64,000 bases of DNA from Candidatus Bathyarchaeia archaeon (GTDB lineage Archaea > Thermoproteota > Bathyarchaeia > Bathyarchaeales > Bathycorpusculaceae): the NCBI GenBank assembly GCA_049512935.1, contig JBEKWR010000007.1, positions 1-64,000 of the forward strand, in the 5' to 3' direction. Position 1 is the stretch's first letter. Each line of letters begins with the position of its first letter. The notes below the pieces were generated by a model. That model was not told the origin of the DNA, ran no database searches, and saw nothing but the letters and a program-made list of their open reading frames with translations. Of this stretch, positions 28,682 to 38,230 are shown piece by piece. A program made the translations under genes and the position numbers.

Positions 28682-28849
28682 TCACATAAACACTGCAATT
28701 CCAACTAAAGCAAGCCCCGCCATTATCCTCAAGCCCCTTTCCAAATCCAACCAAAACCCGTGATTGTTCTCAGGTAACAAAATGCTTCCCACTCCGTCTG
28801 CTACAATCCCCACGCCAATTGCTAGAATTACCCAACCCGTTATTTTCAT
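28682..28849 (-). CDS. small two-TM protein (55 aa, not in ORF track)
   Basis: MKITGWVILAIGVGIVADGVGSILLPENNHGFWLDLERGLRIMAGLALVGIAVFM*, GAGG SD upstream. Confidence 0.6.
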   Translation of the reverse strand: MKITGWVILAIGVGIVADGVGSILLPENNHGFWLDLERGLRIMAGLALVGIAVFM

Positions 28850-28899
28850 GTTTTCTTATTCCTCAACTTTAAGCAGAATGCTTCCTCTTGAGAAAGCAT

Positions 28900-29592
28900 T
28901 TAGTCGTCTCTCCTTTTTCCTAATAATTTAATCAGATCCAAGAAAATGTTCACGAAATCCAAGTAGAGATTGAGAGCGCCAAGTATTTCTTTCTTTATGA
29001 GATCTCCATCACCATACATCAAAGTATTCTTGGTGTTTTGCGTGTCATAGGCTGTAAGACCCGAAAAAACGATAACACCCAGAATACTGAGTATCGTGTC
29101 AAGAACCGAATTTCCAATAAATAAGTTGACGATTAATGCTAGAATAATTCCGAATAAAGCCATTATCGCAATGTTGCCTAGTGAAGTAAGATCTGTTTTT
29201 GTTACGTACCCATAAAGGCTCATGAAACCGAACATGGCCGCCGCAATCAAGACTGCAGAGGCGATGGAAGTTATTGAAAAGGCTAAGAAGATTGCTGAAA
29301 GGGTGAGCCCCGTGAGGAAGCAGTACAGTCCAAATGTTATTTCCGCAAGATTATCAGGTATTCTCCTTATAAAAGCCGCTATGCTGACGATTGCTACGAA
29401 CTGCGCGATTAATAACCCGTAGAAAACAAAATCGTTGCCCAATATCACATTGTACAGGTCTGGATCCTGCGAGACAAAGTACGCAGTAACGCTGGTTATT
29501 ATTAAACCTATGAACATCCAGAGATACACTTTCTGAATATACGTATTGATTATTTTGGTTTGGTTTGAAACTCTTATCCGCATATAGATCAC
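28900..29592 (-). CDS. Bax inhibitor-1/YccA family membrane protein
   Basis: KVYLWMFIGL, GYVTKTDL, LTAYDTQ, ALNLYLDFVNIFL. Confidence 0.95.
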   Translation of the reverse strand: MIYMRIRVSNQTKIINTYIQKVYLWMFIGLIITSVTAYFVSQDPDLYNVILGNDFVFYGLLIAQFVAIVSIAAFIRRIPDNLAEITFGLYCFLTGLTLSAIFLAFSITSIASAVLIAAAMFGFMSLYGYVTKTDLTSLGNIAIMALFGIILALIVNLFIGNSVLDTILSILGVIVFSGLTAYDTQNTKNTLMYGDGDLIKKEILGALNLYLDFVNIFLDLIKLLGKRRDD

Positions 29593-29678
29593 TCCGATCT
29601 CGATATCTTATCAGGTTTAACTACAAAGAAAAGGGGAACCAAGAGACTTTTCTTGGTCTACAGATTTTATGGGTCGCA

Positions 29679-30170
29679 TTACTTGGTGATTGAGCCGAAG
29701 GCTTCTTTTAGTTTTGCTTCTTGTTCAGTTGATAGTGAACTGCGAATAACTTTCGGATGAAGCGGGCTGAGTGCCTGAACTACCTTGTCAACGGTAACGT
29801 TTGCGGCTAGGATCGCAAGGGCTGAGGTTCCCGGTACTACGGAAGTTTCGATCTGCTTCAAATAATCTGAGCTAACACCCAAGTGCGAAAAGTGGCCTGC
29901 AATAGCACCTGAAACTGCTCCGACCGCCAATCCGAGGGCTGGCACGAAGAACAGAAGACCAAAGAGTGTTCCCCAGAAAGCTCCGCCTATTGCTCCAATG
30001 CCTGTTAAGCTGCGAATGTCCTTTATCTTAATCTTGCCATTTTTATGCCTGACAACTTCAACTGCATCAACGAGGTTAAGCACGTACTCATCATTCAGTT
30101 CCTCGAGCTTCTCCCTTCCCATGTCTGCTCCATCTTCACCATCAAAAGCAAGCACGACCATATCAATCAA
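29679..30170 (-). CDS. DUF1269 family membrane protein
   Basis: LVDAVEVVR, GAIGGAFWGTLFGLLFFVP glycine zipper, PGTSAL, SSLSTEQEAKLKEA. Confidence 0.9.
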   Translation of the reverse strand: MIDMVVLAFDGEDGADMGREKLEELNDEYVLNLVDAVEVVRHKNGKIKIKDIRSLTGIGAIGGAFWGTLFGLLFFVPALGLAVGAVSGAIAGHFSHLGVSSDYLKQIETSVVPGTSALAILAANVTVDKVVQALSPLHPKVIRSSLSTEQEAKLKEAFGSITK

Positions 30171-30251
30171 ACTTTATTTCACCTCCCTTGGTGTCGATGT
30201 ACATGAGTATGTGTGCTAAGCCACGAAGCCAACTCGATCGCTTAAACGCAT

Positions 30252-31040
30252 TCAAGGCTCTTCCCCCTTCAGCCACTTGTCGAAGTCTTCTGCGGAGTCT
30301 TGCTCTGTCTCTTTAATGTGGTCAATCCGTTTTTCAATGGCCGCCTTTGCTTCACCCTTCGCTTTTGCCGCTTTCTCTTCTAAAGCTTCCACTTTGACTT
30401 TGGTTTCTTTTTTCCGCTGCTTCGACGCCTGCTTAGCTTGCTCTAACTTTGCCTGTCGCTTCTTATTCAAATCGTCAATCTTGGTCTGAAGCTTTGTTTT
30501 TTGGTCCGCCCGCGATTTAGCTTGTTTTGCCTTCAACTGAGCAATCTCTGCTTTAATGGCAGCGATATCTTTGGCGTACTGTTCGTGTACAACATTTGAC
30601 CTGGCTACGCGAAAAACGGTGCCGCCAAGCCTTCCTATACTGGTATCAACAGGAGTAACCCAATCTTCGCTAATTTCTGAAACTATCGCCCATTTTCCAG
30701 GTGTAAGCTTGGCTGATACATCAGCAAGGAAATCCTTATCGACTCCGGCACGGTTTATGTCCCAGGCGCCCCCAGCGAGAGTTCCGCCTACAGCTCCTAC
30801 AGCCACGCCGATTGGTCCTCCCAGAAGTCCGATGAGAGAGCCGACTGCGGCGCCGCCGACCGTACGAATCGGAAAATCGTCTCCCTCCTGCTTAACGGTG
30901 ATCGTGCCGTCATCATTTTTCTTTATCACTGCTTCGGCGTGAACGGAAATGCTTCCTTCAGAATCAAGTGCCTTCAGCGCCTTAGACCCATCATACGCTT
31001 TCAGCTCGTTTTCAAAAACTACCACCAACATTCTCTCCAA
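30252..31040 (-). CDS. DUF1269 family protein with C-terminal coiled coil
   Basis: GAAVGSLIGLLGGPIG, LTPGKWAIVSEISEDWVTPVD, Lys/Ala coiled tail. Confidence 0.85.
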   Translation of the reverse strand: MERMLVVVFENELKAYDGSKALKALDSEGSISVHAEAVIKKNDDGTITVKQEGDDFPIRTVGGAAVGSLIGLLGGPIGVAVGAVGGTLAGGAWDINRAGVDKDFLADVSAKLTPGKWAIVSEISEDWVTPVDTSIGRLGGTVFRVARSNVVHEQYAKDIAAIKAEIAQLKAKQAKSRADQKTKLQTKIDDLNKKRQAKLEQAKQASKQRKKETKVKVEALEEKAAKAKGEAKAAIEKRIDHIKETEQDSAEDFDKWLKGEEP

Positions 31041-31043
31041 TGT

Positions 31044-31337
31044 TTATTTCGCCTCCTTTTGTATTTTATTAGCTGGAGCATTCACTCCTTTTCTTTTGAT
31101 TTCGTTTTCGCTAATGTCAATTCTCAAAACGCCTTTTCTGCCCAAGACTTCTAAAACTGAGTCCTCGACGAAATTGGCGTGTTCCAGTTTGCCTATCGTT
31201 CCTTCGATGACGGCGTTTTCTCGAGAATCGTTGTTTAGTGTTACGTTCTTGAGGTTGACTTTTGATTTTAGTTCAATGGAGAAAGACCGCTCTTTTTCCA
31301 TCGGTTTGTTTTCATTCGCCATTTTCGTTTCCTTCAA
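31044..31337 (-). CDS. hypothetical protein
   Basis: 97-aa ORF, FSIELKSK...EGTIGKL...GVLRID; first gene of the cluster. Confidence 0.75.
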   Translation of the reverse strand: MKETKMANENKPMEKERSFSIELKSKVNLKNVTLNNDSRENAVIEGTIGKLEHANFVEDSVLEVLGRKGVLRIDISENEIKRKGVNAPANKIQKEAK

Positions 31338-31431
31338 AATGCAAATAGGTCGCTAATACCCATTAGCCTTATTTGACGAGCATGTGTACCCGTATACAAC
31401 AATGTGTATGCGTTAACATCGGTGAGGGAAC

Positions 31432-32181
31432 ATGGAAAAAGTCGAAGGAATAGAAAAACTGTTTTTTGATCTTGCAAGTGAAAGCAGGCTCGGCATAATA
31501 CGCGAGCTAAAAGAACAAAATCTCAAAAACAACGAGTTAGGCGGAAAATTGGATCTAACAGCCACTGAAACTTTCAGACAGCTACAACACCTAACTGAAT
31601 CACTCATAGTTCAGAGACTCCCTGATGGAACATACACAATTACAAACTACGGTAAATTAACTCTGCGACTTCTTCAATCAATCGAATTTACCTTCAAGCA
31701 TAAAGAGTACTTTCTAAATCACGATGTTTGGCGACTTCCATACCAGTTTGTTAACAGGATAGGCGAACTCTCGGAGAGCACACTGTGCATGGACACGATT
31801 GAAAACATAAACAGAGCAGGCCACATCGTTAACGAAGCTGAGAAATACGCGTGGCTGATGGGTGAAGAGACCTTAGAATCGATCAGTCCAATGATGCCAG
31901 GACAAATCTCTAAAGGGGTCAAATTCAGGTTAATGTTTTACGAGTATTTGCTTCCCAACTTCAATCATCCTGGAGAAGCTCCATACGTTGAAAAGAGAAC
32001 TCTCACCGACTTCCCAATAACAATAGTTTGCACGGAAAAAGAAGCTGGAATATGTTTCCCTTCAACCGAAGGAAGAATGGACTACGCTGCTTTCCGCAGC
32101 AAAGACCAAATGTTCGTGAACTGGGCAAGGGAACTCTTCCTTTACTACTGGGACAAAGGAAAACCCTGCCACCCAACGTAA
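31432..32181 (+). CDS. ArsR-like winged-helix regulator with DUF1724-like C-terminal domain
   Basis: LASESRLGII...ETFRQLQHL...YTITNYG, YFLNHD, GRMDY, WARELFLYYW. Confidence 0.85.
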   Translation: MEKVEGIEKLFFDLASESRLGIIRELKEQNLKNNELGGKLDLTATETFRQLQHLTESLIVQRLPDGTYTITNYGKLTLRLLQSIEFTFKHKEYFLNHDVWRLPYQFVNRIGELSESTLCMDTIENINRAGHIVNEAEKYAWLMGEETLESISPMMPGQISKGVKFRLMFYEYLLPNFNHPGEAPYVEKRTLTDFPITIVCTEKEAGICFPSTEGRMDYAAFRSKDQMFVNWARELFLYYWDKGKPCHPT

Positions 32182-32667
32182 GGCTAACTTTCCGACGTGG
32201 CGCGATTCGGAGATAGCTAATAGGGCAGATTTTTTCGTAACGTCGCGTTTACTCTATTGCTTTTTTTGATAACTGAACTAACATATCGCACGCTTGGAGC
32301 ATTAGCAACTCTTGAGCGGAATTCGATTTGGGCAGGTTCGGAGCACGAAGGCTTATCTCTTTTAGAAAGTGCAAAGAGGCGCATTCGAGGATGACGTTTC
32401 TACTTTTTGCTTGAGCCGCCGCTGGATTTGAACTATTTTTGTTTGGTGGACACATATTCTTAATGAGGTCAAAAACGATTTTACCGGTAAAGTGGGGTTC
32501 CATCCCCTTCCCGACTCCATTTTTTTCAAATGTTTTAGCCTTTAACTGTAAATAAGCCTTCGATAAATTGACAAAATACTTGGTGGAACGATAAGTAATG
32601 CAGAAGAATAGGATACAGATATTAGGCTGAGTCTACAACTTCAATTCCTCTTAACGTGTTGGTTATA

Positions 32668-33084
32668 ATGGATTGCAGGTTGCAAGTTTTTAAGCGAGAC
32701 CAGATAGACAACAACTTAACGAAGACCTATCGCTTTGCAGTTGTCGATTTCAGCAGGTCCAAAAGTTATCCTTCCAACTTCGTTTGCATGCTACCGTTAA
32801 AAGTAGATCAAGGAAAAGGAAAAATTGGAAACGTGTTCGGGGAGCTTTTTGGAGATGAAAGCTTAGAGTTAGCCATGAGACTGTTAAGAGAGGCACTTAA
32901 GACTGAGAGCGATGTTGATGTTAAGGCGGAAATAGAGCGAAGGCTAAATCTGATTGATCCCAAGCGCATTAACCTTATCAAGTGCAGCGGATGCAAAAAA
33001 ACCTTCCAAGCCCGAAAATTCAGAAAGTACAAGCAAAATTTCTGCCCAGAATGCCTTCAAAAAAAATCAGGGATAAGCCAATAG
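32668..33084 (+). CDS. hypothetical protein with C-terminal zinc ribbon
   Basis: CSGC...CPEC. Confidence 0.75.
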   Translation: MDCRLQVFKRDQIDNNLTKTYRFAVVDFSRSKSYPSNFVCMLPLKVDQGKGKIGNVFGELFGDESLELAMRLLREALKTESDVDVKAEIERRLNLIDPKRINLIKCSGCKKTFQARKFRKYKQNFCPECLQKKSGISQ

Positions 33085-33690
33085 GTCTCTATACAGTACG
33101 GAATATGCAACTTGCGTTCAGTCCTGTCTAAGTGTGTCTGCTAAGTTTTTGCTCTGAATAGCTCTGCGTTAAAAATAAGCGGATGGGTTTACGATTCTTT
33201 CTTTTTTGTGGCGTCTACTAGTTTTTCTTGCTGGTTTTCTTTCTGTAGGTGCAATTAAGCCGAACTGATGATTTACATCTACGGCAATTTTTAACTAGAC
33301 CTGCTCTTAACAGGTACATAGCCGTTTACCTCGCTGATTTTTTGGCATTCTTGAAAAGAACCAATTATTCGATTAGGCTGAATCCAACAGGATAAGAGAA
33401 ACTCTTCAGGCTACAATACATTCCTCTTACTAATAAGGCTCAAATAATAGTTATTTTCAACGAAAGAGAAAATATTTTGTTTTTTTCAGCAGAAAAAGCT
33501 TAATGCTAAATTTTTTCGTGAGTTTAAGCCATAAAACGGCTTTTTCATGGAAATACCCTAATATAGACCCCAAGACCATTTAATAAGTTAATAGAATTCT
33601 TTAGAGGAAGAGTCGAACCAGACAAACTGCTTTTTCTCCAGACTATTCTGAGTATAGTTGGCTGGGCAGCCAAACTTGGGTATGAGAAAA

Positions 33691-33996
33691 ATGGGTAAAA
33701 GAAAAATTACAAACGAGGGCAACCTTGAAAGTATGGTTTTACCTTCCCCAAACGATGTCTTAGGCGTGGCAGTAAAAATGCTGGGTGCTGAGAGAATCAC
33801 GGTGAAATGCCAAGATGGGAAGGAACGGTTATGCAGGGTCAGAGGTAAACTAAAAAGACGTGTTTGGATAAGGGAAGGAGACATAGTTTTGGTTTCTCCT
33901 TGGGATTTCCAGCGTGAAACTAGAGGAGACATTTTCTGGCGATATAGGAAAAACCAGTCAGATTGGCTCAGAAATCACAATTACCTGACGATGTGA
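33691..33996 (+). CDS. eif1a: translation initiation factor aIF-1A
   Basis: MLGAERITVKCQDGKERLCRVRGKLKRRVWIREGDIVLVSPWDFQ...GDIFWRY. Confidence 0.96.
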   Translation: MGKRKITNEGNLESMVLPSPNDVLGVAVKMLGAERITVKCQDGKERLCRVRGKLKRRVWIREGDIVLVSPWDFQRETRGDIFWRYRKNQSDWLRNHNYLTM

Positions 33997-34190
33997 AGGA
34001 GGCAAAGAGAATTATCCTAAAATGTAAAGAATGCGGAAACACATTCTTAAAAACCGGTCTGAGCGATGGCCAATTGGTCAGTTGCCCAGTGTGCGAGGCA
34101 GACTATAAAGTGACAATAAAGGACGGAAAATTGAGCCTAGAAGATTTCATGTATGAAGAAAAAGATCTCGGCGAACTGAGCTGCATTTAA
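33993..34190 (+). CDS. LysW/ArgW-like zinc-ribbon protein
   Basis: CKECG...GQLVSCPVCEADYKV...EEKDLGE then LSCI*. Confidence 0.6.
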   Translation: MKEAKRIILKCKECGNTFLKTGLSDGQLVSCPVCEADYKVTIKDGKLSLEDFMYEEKDLGELSCI

Positions 34191-34228
34191 GCGCAATCAT
34201 CAGAAATTGAAGCGAAAGGTGAAATTTA

Positions 34229-34363
34229 ATGCTAGATTATAGAAATGTATTAATGGAAACTTATAAGTGCAGGATATGTCCAGCGCGTTTTCATACTCCT
34301 GAAGACTAAAGAATCCACAGGATGGTCAATCATAAAGGGCACATGCTTGTCATCAAACGTTAA
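34229..34363 (+). pseudogene. C2H2 zinc-finger mini-gene interrupted by TAA at 34307
   Basis: MLDYRNVLMETYKCRICPARFHTPED*RIHRMVNHKGHMLVIKR*; SD GGTGA upstream. Confidence 0.6.
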
Positions 34364-34548
34364 ATACGGTATAGAATTATCTCAGAGTGTACTATTTTTT
34401 GAAAACTTAACGGACAGCTTCTTTTACTTTTTTAATGCGAAGAGTTCATGATGCAATTTGATTGGTGCCATCTGATTCAAGGGTAAAAACACTTTTATGC
34501 TTCATTATTTATTAGAAGTTCTACGGGTTATTTGTTAAGGTTGAAATT

Positions 34549-35553
34549 TTGAAAAATAAATCAGACCAGTATCAAGAAACATTAAGGATTGGTCTCAGGC
34601 TATATCGTGGATTAGTTTTAAACTCGTTCGGAGGAAAAGCGCCATTATTTGCTGGACATAAGTTAACTTATAACTGTAACCTTAAGTGCAAAATGTGCCC
34701 CTTCTGGAAAAGACCCAGCGAAAATTTAAGCACCCGAAAAGAAAAGGAAATTCTAAGGCAAATTTACGATTCAGGTGTCTGCGCTGTCGGGTTTGAAGGT
34801 GGAGAGCCGCTTTTGAGAAAAGACCTGCCTGAAATTCTGGCTTACTCTCGTTCTCTGCCTCTGCATACAAGCCTTATCACCAATGGCACGCTTCTCAAAT
34901 CAAGGATAGATGAAATAGCACCCTACATCAACGGTATCCTTTTTGTTTCATTGGATGGTCTGGAGAAAACTCATGATCTGATAAGAGGTGTGGATGGCTG
35001 TTTCAAAAGAGCGCTTGAGGGTATAACTGCAGCGAAAAGTAAGGTTTCTGTAACAATCAATACGACCATGATGGCGGATAACATCCATGAAGTAGAAGAT
35101 ACGGTGGAATTGGCAAGGGATTTAGGTGTAAAAATAGTGTTGTCTGTAGCTCATGAATACTATAACATTGCTGAGTCTGCACCCAAAGCCGATGAAATCA
35201 AAAAGGTTGCTAAACAGCTTATTGAATTAAAGAGAAAAGGCTATCCTATTATGAATTCAACCGATTATTTCAGAGTGATAGCTAAAGAAAAGAACTGGAA
35301 ATGCAAACCCTGGTCGATCATCAATATTGGTACAGATGGCCGATTGGTTCTGCCTTGTTACGTTCATAATCAGTACGAAACGAGCGTTTCTGTTTTTGAG
35401 CGCACCATTAAAGCGTCAACTTCAAGTTTTGATTGGGAATCAATGTGTGACTGTGTAAAATGCAATCTTCATTGTTACGTGGAGCCTTCTCTTGTGCTTT
35501 CATGGGATTTACGCAGTTGGGCAGACTGGGTTTTCCCAGTAAGAGCGCGATAG
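34549..35553 (+). CDS. radical SAM protein with C-terminal SPASM/twitch-like Cys motifs
   Basis: CNLKCKMCPF, GGEPLLR, ITNG, VSLDG, C...PCY...CVKCNLHCY. Confidence 0.9.
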   Translation: MKNKSDQYQETLRIGLRLYRGLVLNSFGGKAPLFAGHKLTYNCNLKCKMCPFWKRPSENLSTRKEKEILRQIYDSGVCAVGFEGGEPLLRKDLPEILAYSRSLPLHTSLITNGTLLKSRIDEIAPYINGILFVSLDGLEKTHDLIRGVDGCFKRALEGITAAKSKVSVTINTTMMADNIHEVEDTVELARDLGVKIVLSVAHEYYNIAESAPKADEIKKVAKQLIELKRKGYPIMNSTDYFRVIAKEKNWKCKPWSIINIGTDGRLVLPCYVHNQYETSVSVFERTIKASTSSFDWESMCDCVKCNLHCYVEPSLVLSWDLRSWADWVFPVRAR

Positions 35554-35688
35554 ACTTTTTCAATCAGCTCAAACCAAAGCTTGCCGATAGACAGCGTTTG
35601 CTTCTTCATTTCTTACGAGCGACCTAAATCAAAAAGGCAAGGCAAACTCCTATATGCTTGATGTCAAGCTTTGAACTAGCAGATCAAT

Positions 35689-35871
35689 ATGAACCCTGAG
35701 AATTATAAATCCAAAAGAAAAGGACAGCCTAAACGAAATAACTCGTCTGGTCGAGCCCAAAGGCGTGCAAACACTAAAGAATGGACCACACACACCACTC
35801 CGAAACTGCGTGAAATTTACTCCACCAAAACTGAATGGGCAACCAAGAAACTCCCCAAATTAAAAGTCTAG
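35689..35871 (+). CDS. small basic hypothetical protein
   Basis: 60-aa Lys/Arg-rich ORF with ATG; no recognisable motif. Confidence 0.4.
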   Translation: MNPENYKSKRKGQPKRNNSSGRAQRRANTKEWTTHTTPKLREIYSTKTEWATKKLPKLKV

Positions 35872-36053
35872 ACGCCTCAATAAAACTTCACAGTTTCTTC
35901 ACGTCTTTCACCCGTCAATTCAGGTATGTTGTTTTCCAGCATTCTGCTTTGCCACCCGGTCTGCCTCTTAGCCTGCAAGGGAATGAACCTTCAGAATAGA
36001 CAATTCAAAAGGGGCAGCGTAAGCGTAAAACTTTTTTTAACTGTGAGGGACGT

Positions 36054-36674
36054 TTATGCTGCGAGCGGGCTTTGCACCACGTTGACTATCGCGGTTTTCC
36101 CCAGACGCAACTGTCTTTCACCTTTAAATGTAGAAACTGAAGCGCCCTTAATCTGCACAGTATCACCCACTGTGAGGAGATCTGCTTGTTCATTCCAAAG
36201 GCAAAGCTTAATTTTTCCTGTCTTATCCGCTATCCAAGCGTTGGTCACTCTCGCGCTGTTTCCATACCGTGTTTGGACGACTGAGGGCTTTGCCGTTTCA
36301 AGAACTTTAGCTTCCAGGTTAACTTTTTTCATTCCATGTCGGAGGTCTTGAACCATCATGGATAATTTGGGTGCAACTTGTCTATTCATTTGTTTTCGTA
36401 TTTCGTCCGTGTACACCCAGTTTTCGAAGCTAATGTTTTTTCTCAGAAGTTCTTCTTCTACTCGAAACTGCACAATTACTTTGGTCTCTTTTGTAATTAG
36501 AAAAATGGCTTCGTCTTTTAGGCTACCCCGGTATTCAACTGTTAGATTTTGACAAGTCGTTTTTCCTTTTTCTCTTGCTACAAGCATGGCTTGATGGAGT
36601 TCTGCAGGATAAATCCCTTGCTTTATGGAAAGAAAGGCAAGTTGATCCATTATCGTTGATTTTTTTCGGTTCAA
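36054..36674 (-). CDS. OB-fold ssDNA/RNA-binding (SSB/RPA-like) protein with extra N-terminal domain
   Basis: VNLEAKVLE...IADKTGKIKLCLWNEQ...GDTVQI...FKGERQLRLG. Confidence 0.88.
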   Translation of the reverse strand: MNRKKSTIMDQLAFLSIKQGIYPAELHQAMLVAREKGKTTCQNLTVEYRGSLKDEAIFLITKETKVIVQFRVEEELLRKNISFENWVYTDEIRKQMNRQVAPKLSMMVQDLRHGMKKVNLEAKVLETAKPSVVQTRYGNSARVTNAWIADKTGKIKLCLWNEQADLLTVGDTVQIKGASVSTFKGERQLRLGKTAIVNVVQSPLAA

Positions 36675-37069
36675 TTTTTCCCCTCAATTTGCTAGAAAAT
36701 CTCTTGGAAAAGAGGTTTTTCCATGCCGCAAGTCTCCTCTTTCTTGAAAAATCCCCGCAACCATGGTTAATGCACAATCGAGTATATAGGCTAGTCACCG
36801 AGGAAATGGCGTTTCCCCGAAGTTTCTTTTTTCAGAACCCCATATGGAGAGTGTCGCCTTTTTTACTCCGCACCCGGGGGCGTGCTGGAAAAACATCGAA
36901 TTACAACATTGCGGAAAGAAAAATCGTGTTGTTTTCCCGTTTTTTTCTCCCATAAGGCTTTAAGTGCGCCCTTACTAATATAATGACAACCAAGTTTTGA
37001 ACCACTTGTCCAAATATTTTTGGCTGAAGGGTGAGCGATAAATTTGGATGGGTGTGGGCGCCTTTGAAA

Positions 37070-37315
37070 ATGTTTGAGGCTATGGTCTTTAAAAGAGAAA
37101 TTGGAACAACTTGTGGTTTAGACGTAAAGATGCTTGATACCATGAATGACGGGATTATTTTAAGCATTGACGAAAATTTAGTCAACAGCAACGATCTTTC
37201 GTTTATAAAAAATTTTGTCGATCAAAAAAAACTAAGTCTTTTACTAGACAGCGAGCGTTATTTCATTTCGACAAATGCCCTCAAGCCATCCAGCCTATCT
37301 ATGTGGGATAACTAG
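37070..37315 (+). CDS. hypothetical protein
   Basis: 81-aa ORF from ATG 37070. Confidence 0.55.
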   Translation: MFEAMVFKREIGTTCGLDVKMLDTMNDGIILSIDENLVNSNDLSFIKNFVDQKKLSLLLDSERYFISTNALKPSSLSMWDN

Positions 37316-37502
37316 TAACCATTGAACACGATTTTTCAAAAAGGCGATAAATAGAAGTTTATTCTTTAAAATCGTCTTTTCTTATCCATGCGTTTATAAG
37401 TGCGCAAGCTCACTCCGTAAGTCGAAGAGTTTCTTTTATCCTTCTGGGATAATCCTGTTTGAGTAACTGATTCTTTTCAAAAAAAGAGAGAGGTAAATAG
37501 CT

Positions 37503-37637
37503 TTGTGTATGTTAAGAGCAGGTCTAGTTAAAAACTGTCGAAGATGCAAGTCTTCTGTACGGCTAAACTGTGTATATAGAAAGAAAGTTAAAGCAAAAAC
37601 ATTTTCAGATAACAAGAAAAAAGGCGAAAAAGCTTAG
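37503..37637 (+). CDS. small Cys/Lys-rich protein (44 aa, not in ORF track)
   Basis: TTG start after GAGAGGT; MCMLRAGLVKNCRRCKSSVRLNCVYRKKVKAKTFSDNKKKGEKA*. Confidence 0.5.
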   Translation: MCMLRAGLVKNCRRCKSSVRLNCVYRKKVKAKTFSDNKKKGEKA

Positions 37638-37695
37638 CCTTAGTAAGCGGTGCCAAAGCTTATGCTTCTCATGTCCATAAAATTAGACGAATGAG

Positions 37696-37893
37696 GTGAA
37701 AAATGTGCAAAGAACACTTCACGAAGCAAAATGTACAGTGTGCAATCAAACCGCAATGGTGCCGTTCGAGCCTACTCCAGGCAAGCCAGTTTACTGCAAA
37801 GCATGCTTTGCTAAACGCGCAACCACGCAGCCTGCAAGAACAAGTACAAGCTATAATTTTGAGCCAAAGCAGGCTTGGGCAAGGCGAAGATAG
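37696..37893 (+). CDS. CxxC-x17-CxxC domain protein
   Basis: HEAKCTVCNQTAMVPFEPTPGKPVYCKACF. Confidence 0.9.
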   Translation: MKNVQRTLHEAKCTVCNQTAMVPFEPTPGKPVYCKACFAKRATTQPARTSTSYNFEPKQAWARRR

Positions 37894-37942
37894 TCGCAAA
37901 ACAGTCATTCCCCATTTTACGTTACAATGCGGAATTGAGAGA

Positions 37943-38185
37943 ATGAGGTTAATTAAAGGCTGGAGAAGGATGAGCAATCAAGGCGGTTGTGTTAACGAAA
38001 ATACAGGGCAAACTTTGATTGTTTTAAAGAAAGAATTCAGCGAAAACTATGAGGTACTCCTATTCGCTGGACAGCAAACAGATGCAAAAGAGGGCAAAAA
38101 AATTTCCCCTGCCTTCAGCACTAAGGCTAAGGCTGAAGCCTTCGCAATAGACTGGATGGAAAAGCATCCAAACAGTACTATTTAA
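37943..38185 (+). CDS. hypothetical protein
   Basis: MRLIKGWRR...AEAFAIDWMEKHP; 3' part of ORF 37703..38185. Confidence 0.65.
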   Translation: MRLIKGWRRMSNQGGCVNENTGQTLIVLKKEFSENYEVLLFAGQQTDAKEGKKISPAFSTKAKAEAFAIDWMEKHPNSTI

Positions 38186-38230
38186 GTAACCTTTTGTTTT
38201 TTCGCTTTTTAGGGATATCGCCTTTCAGGT

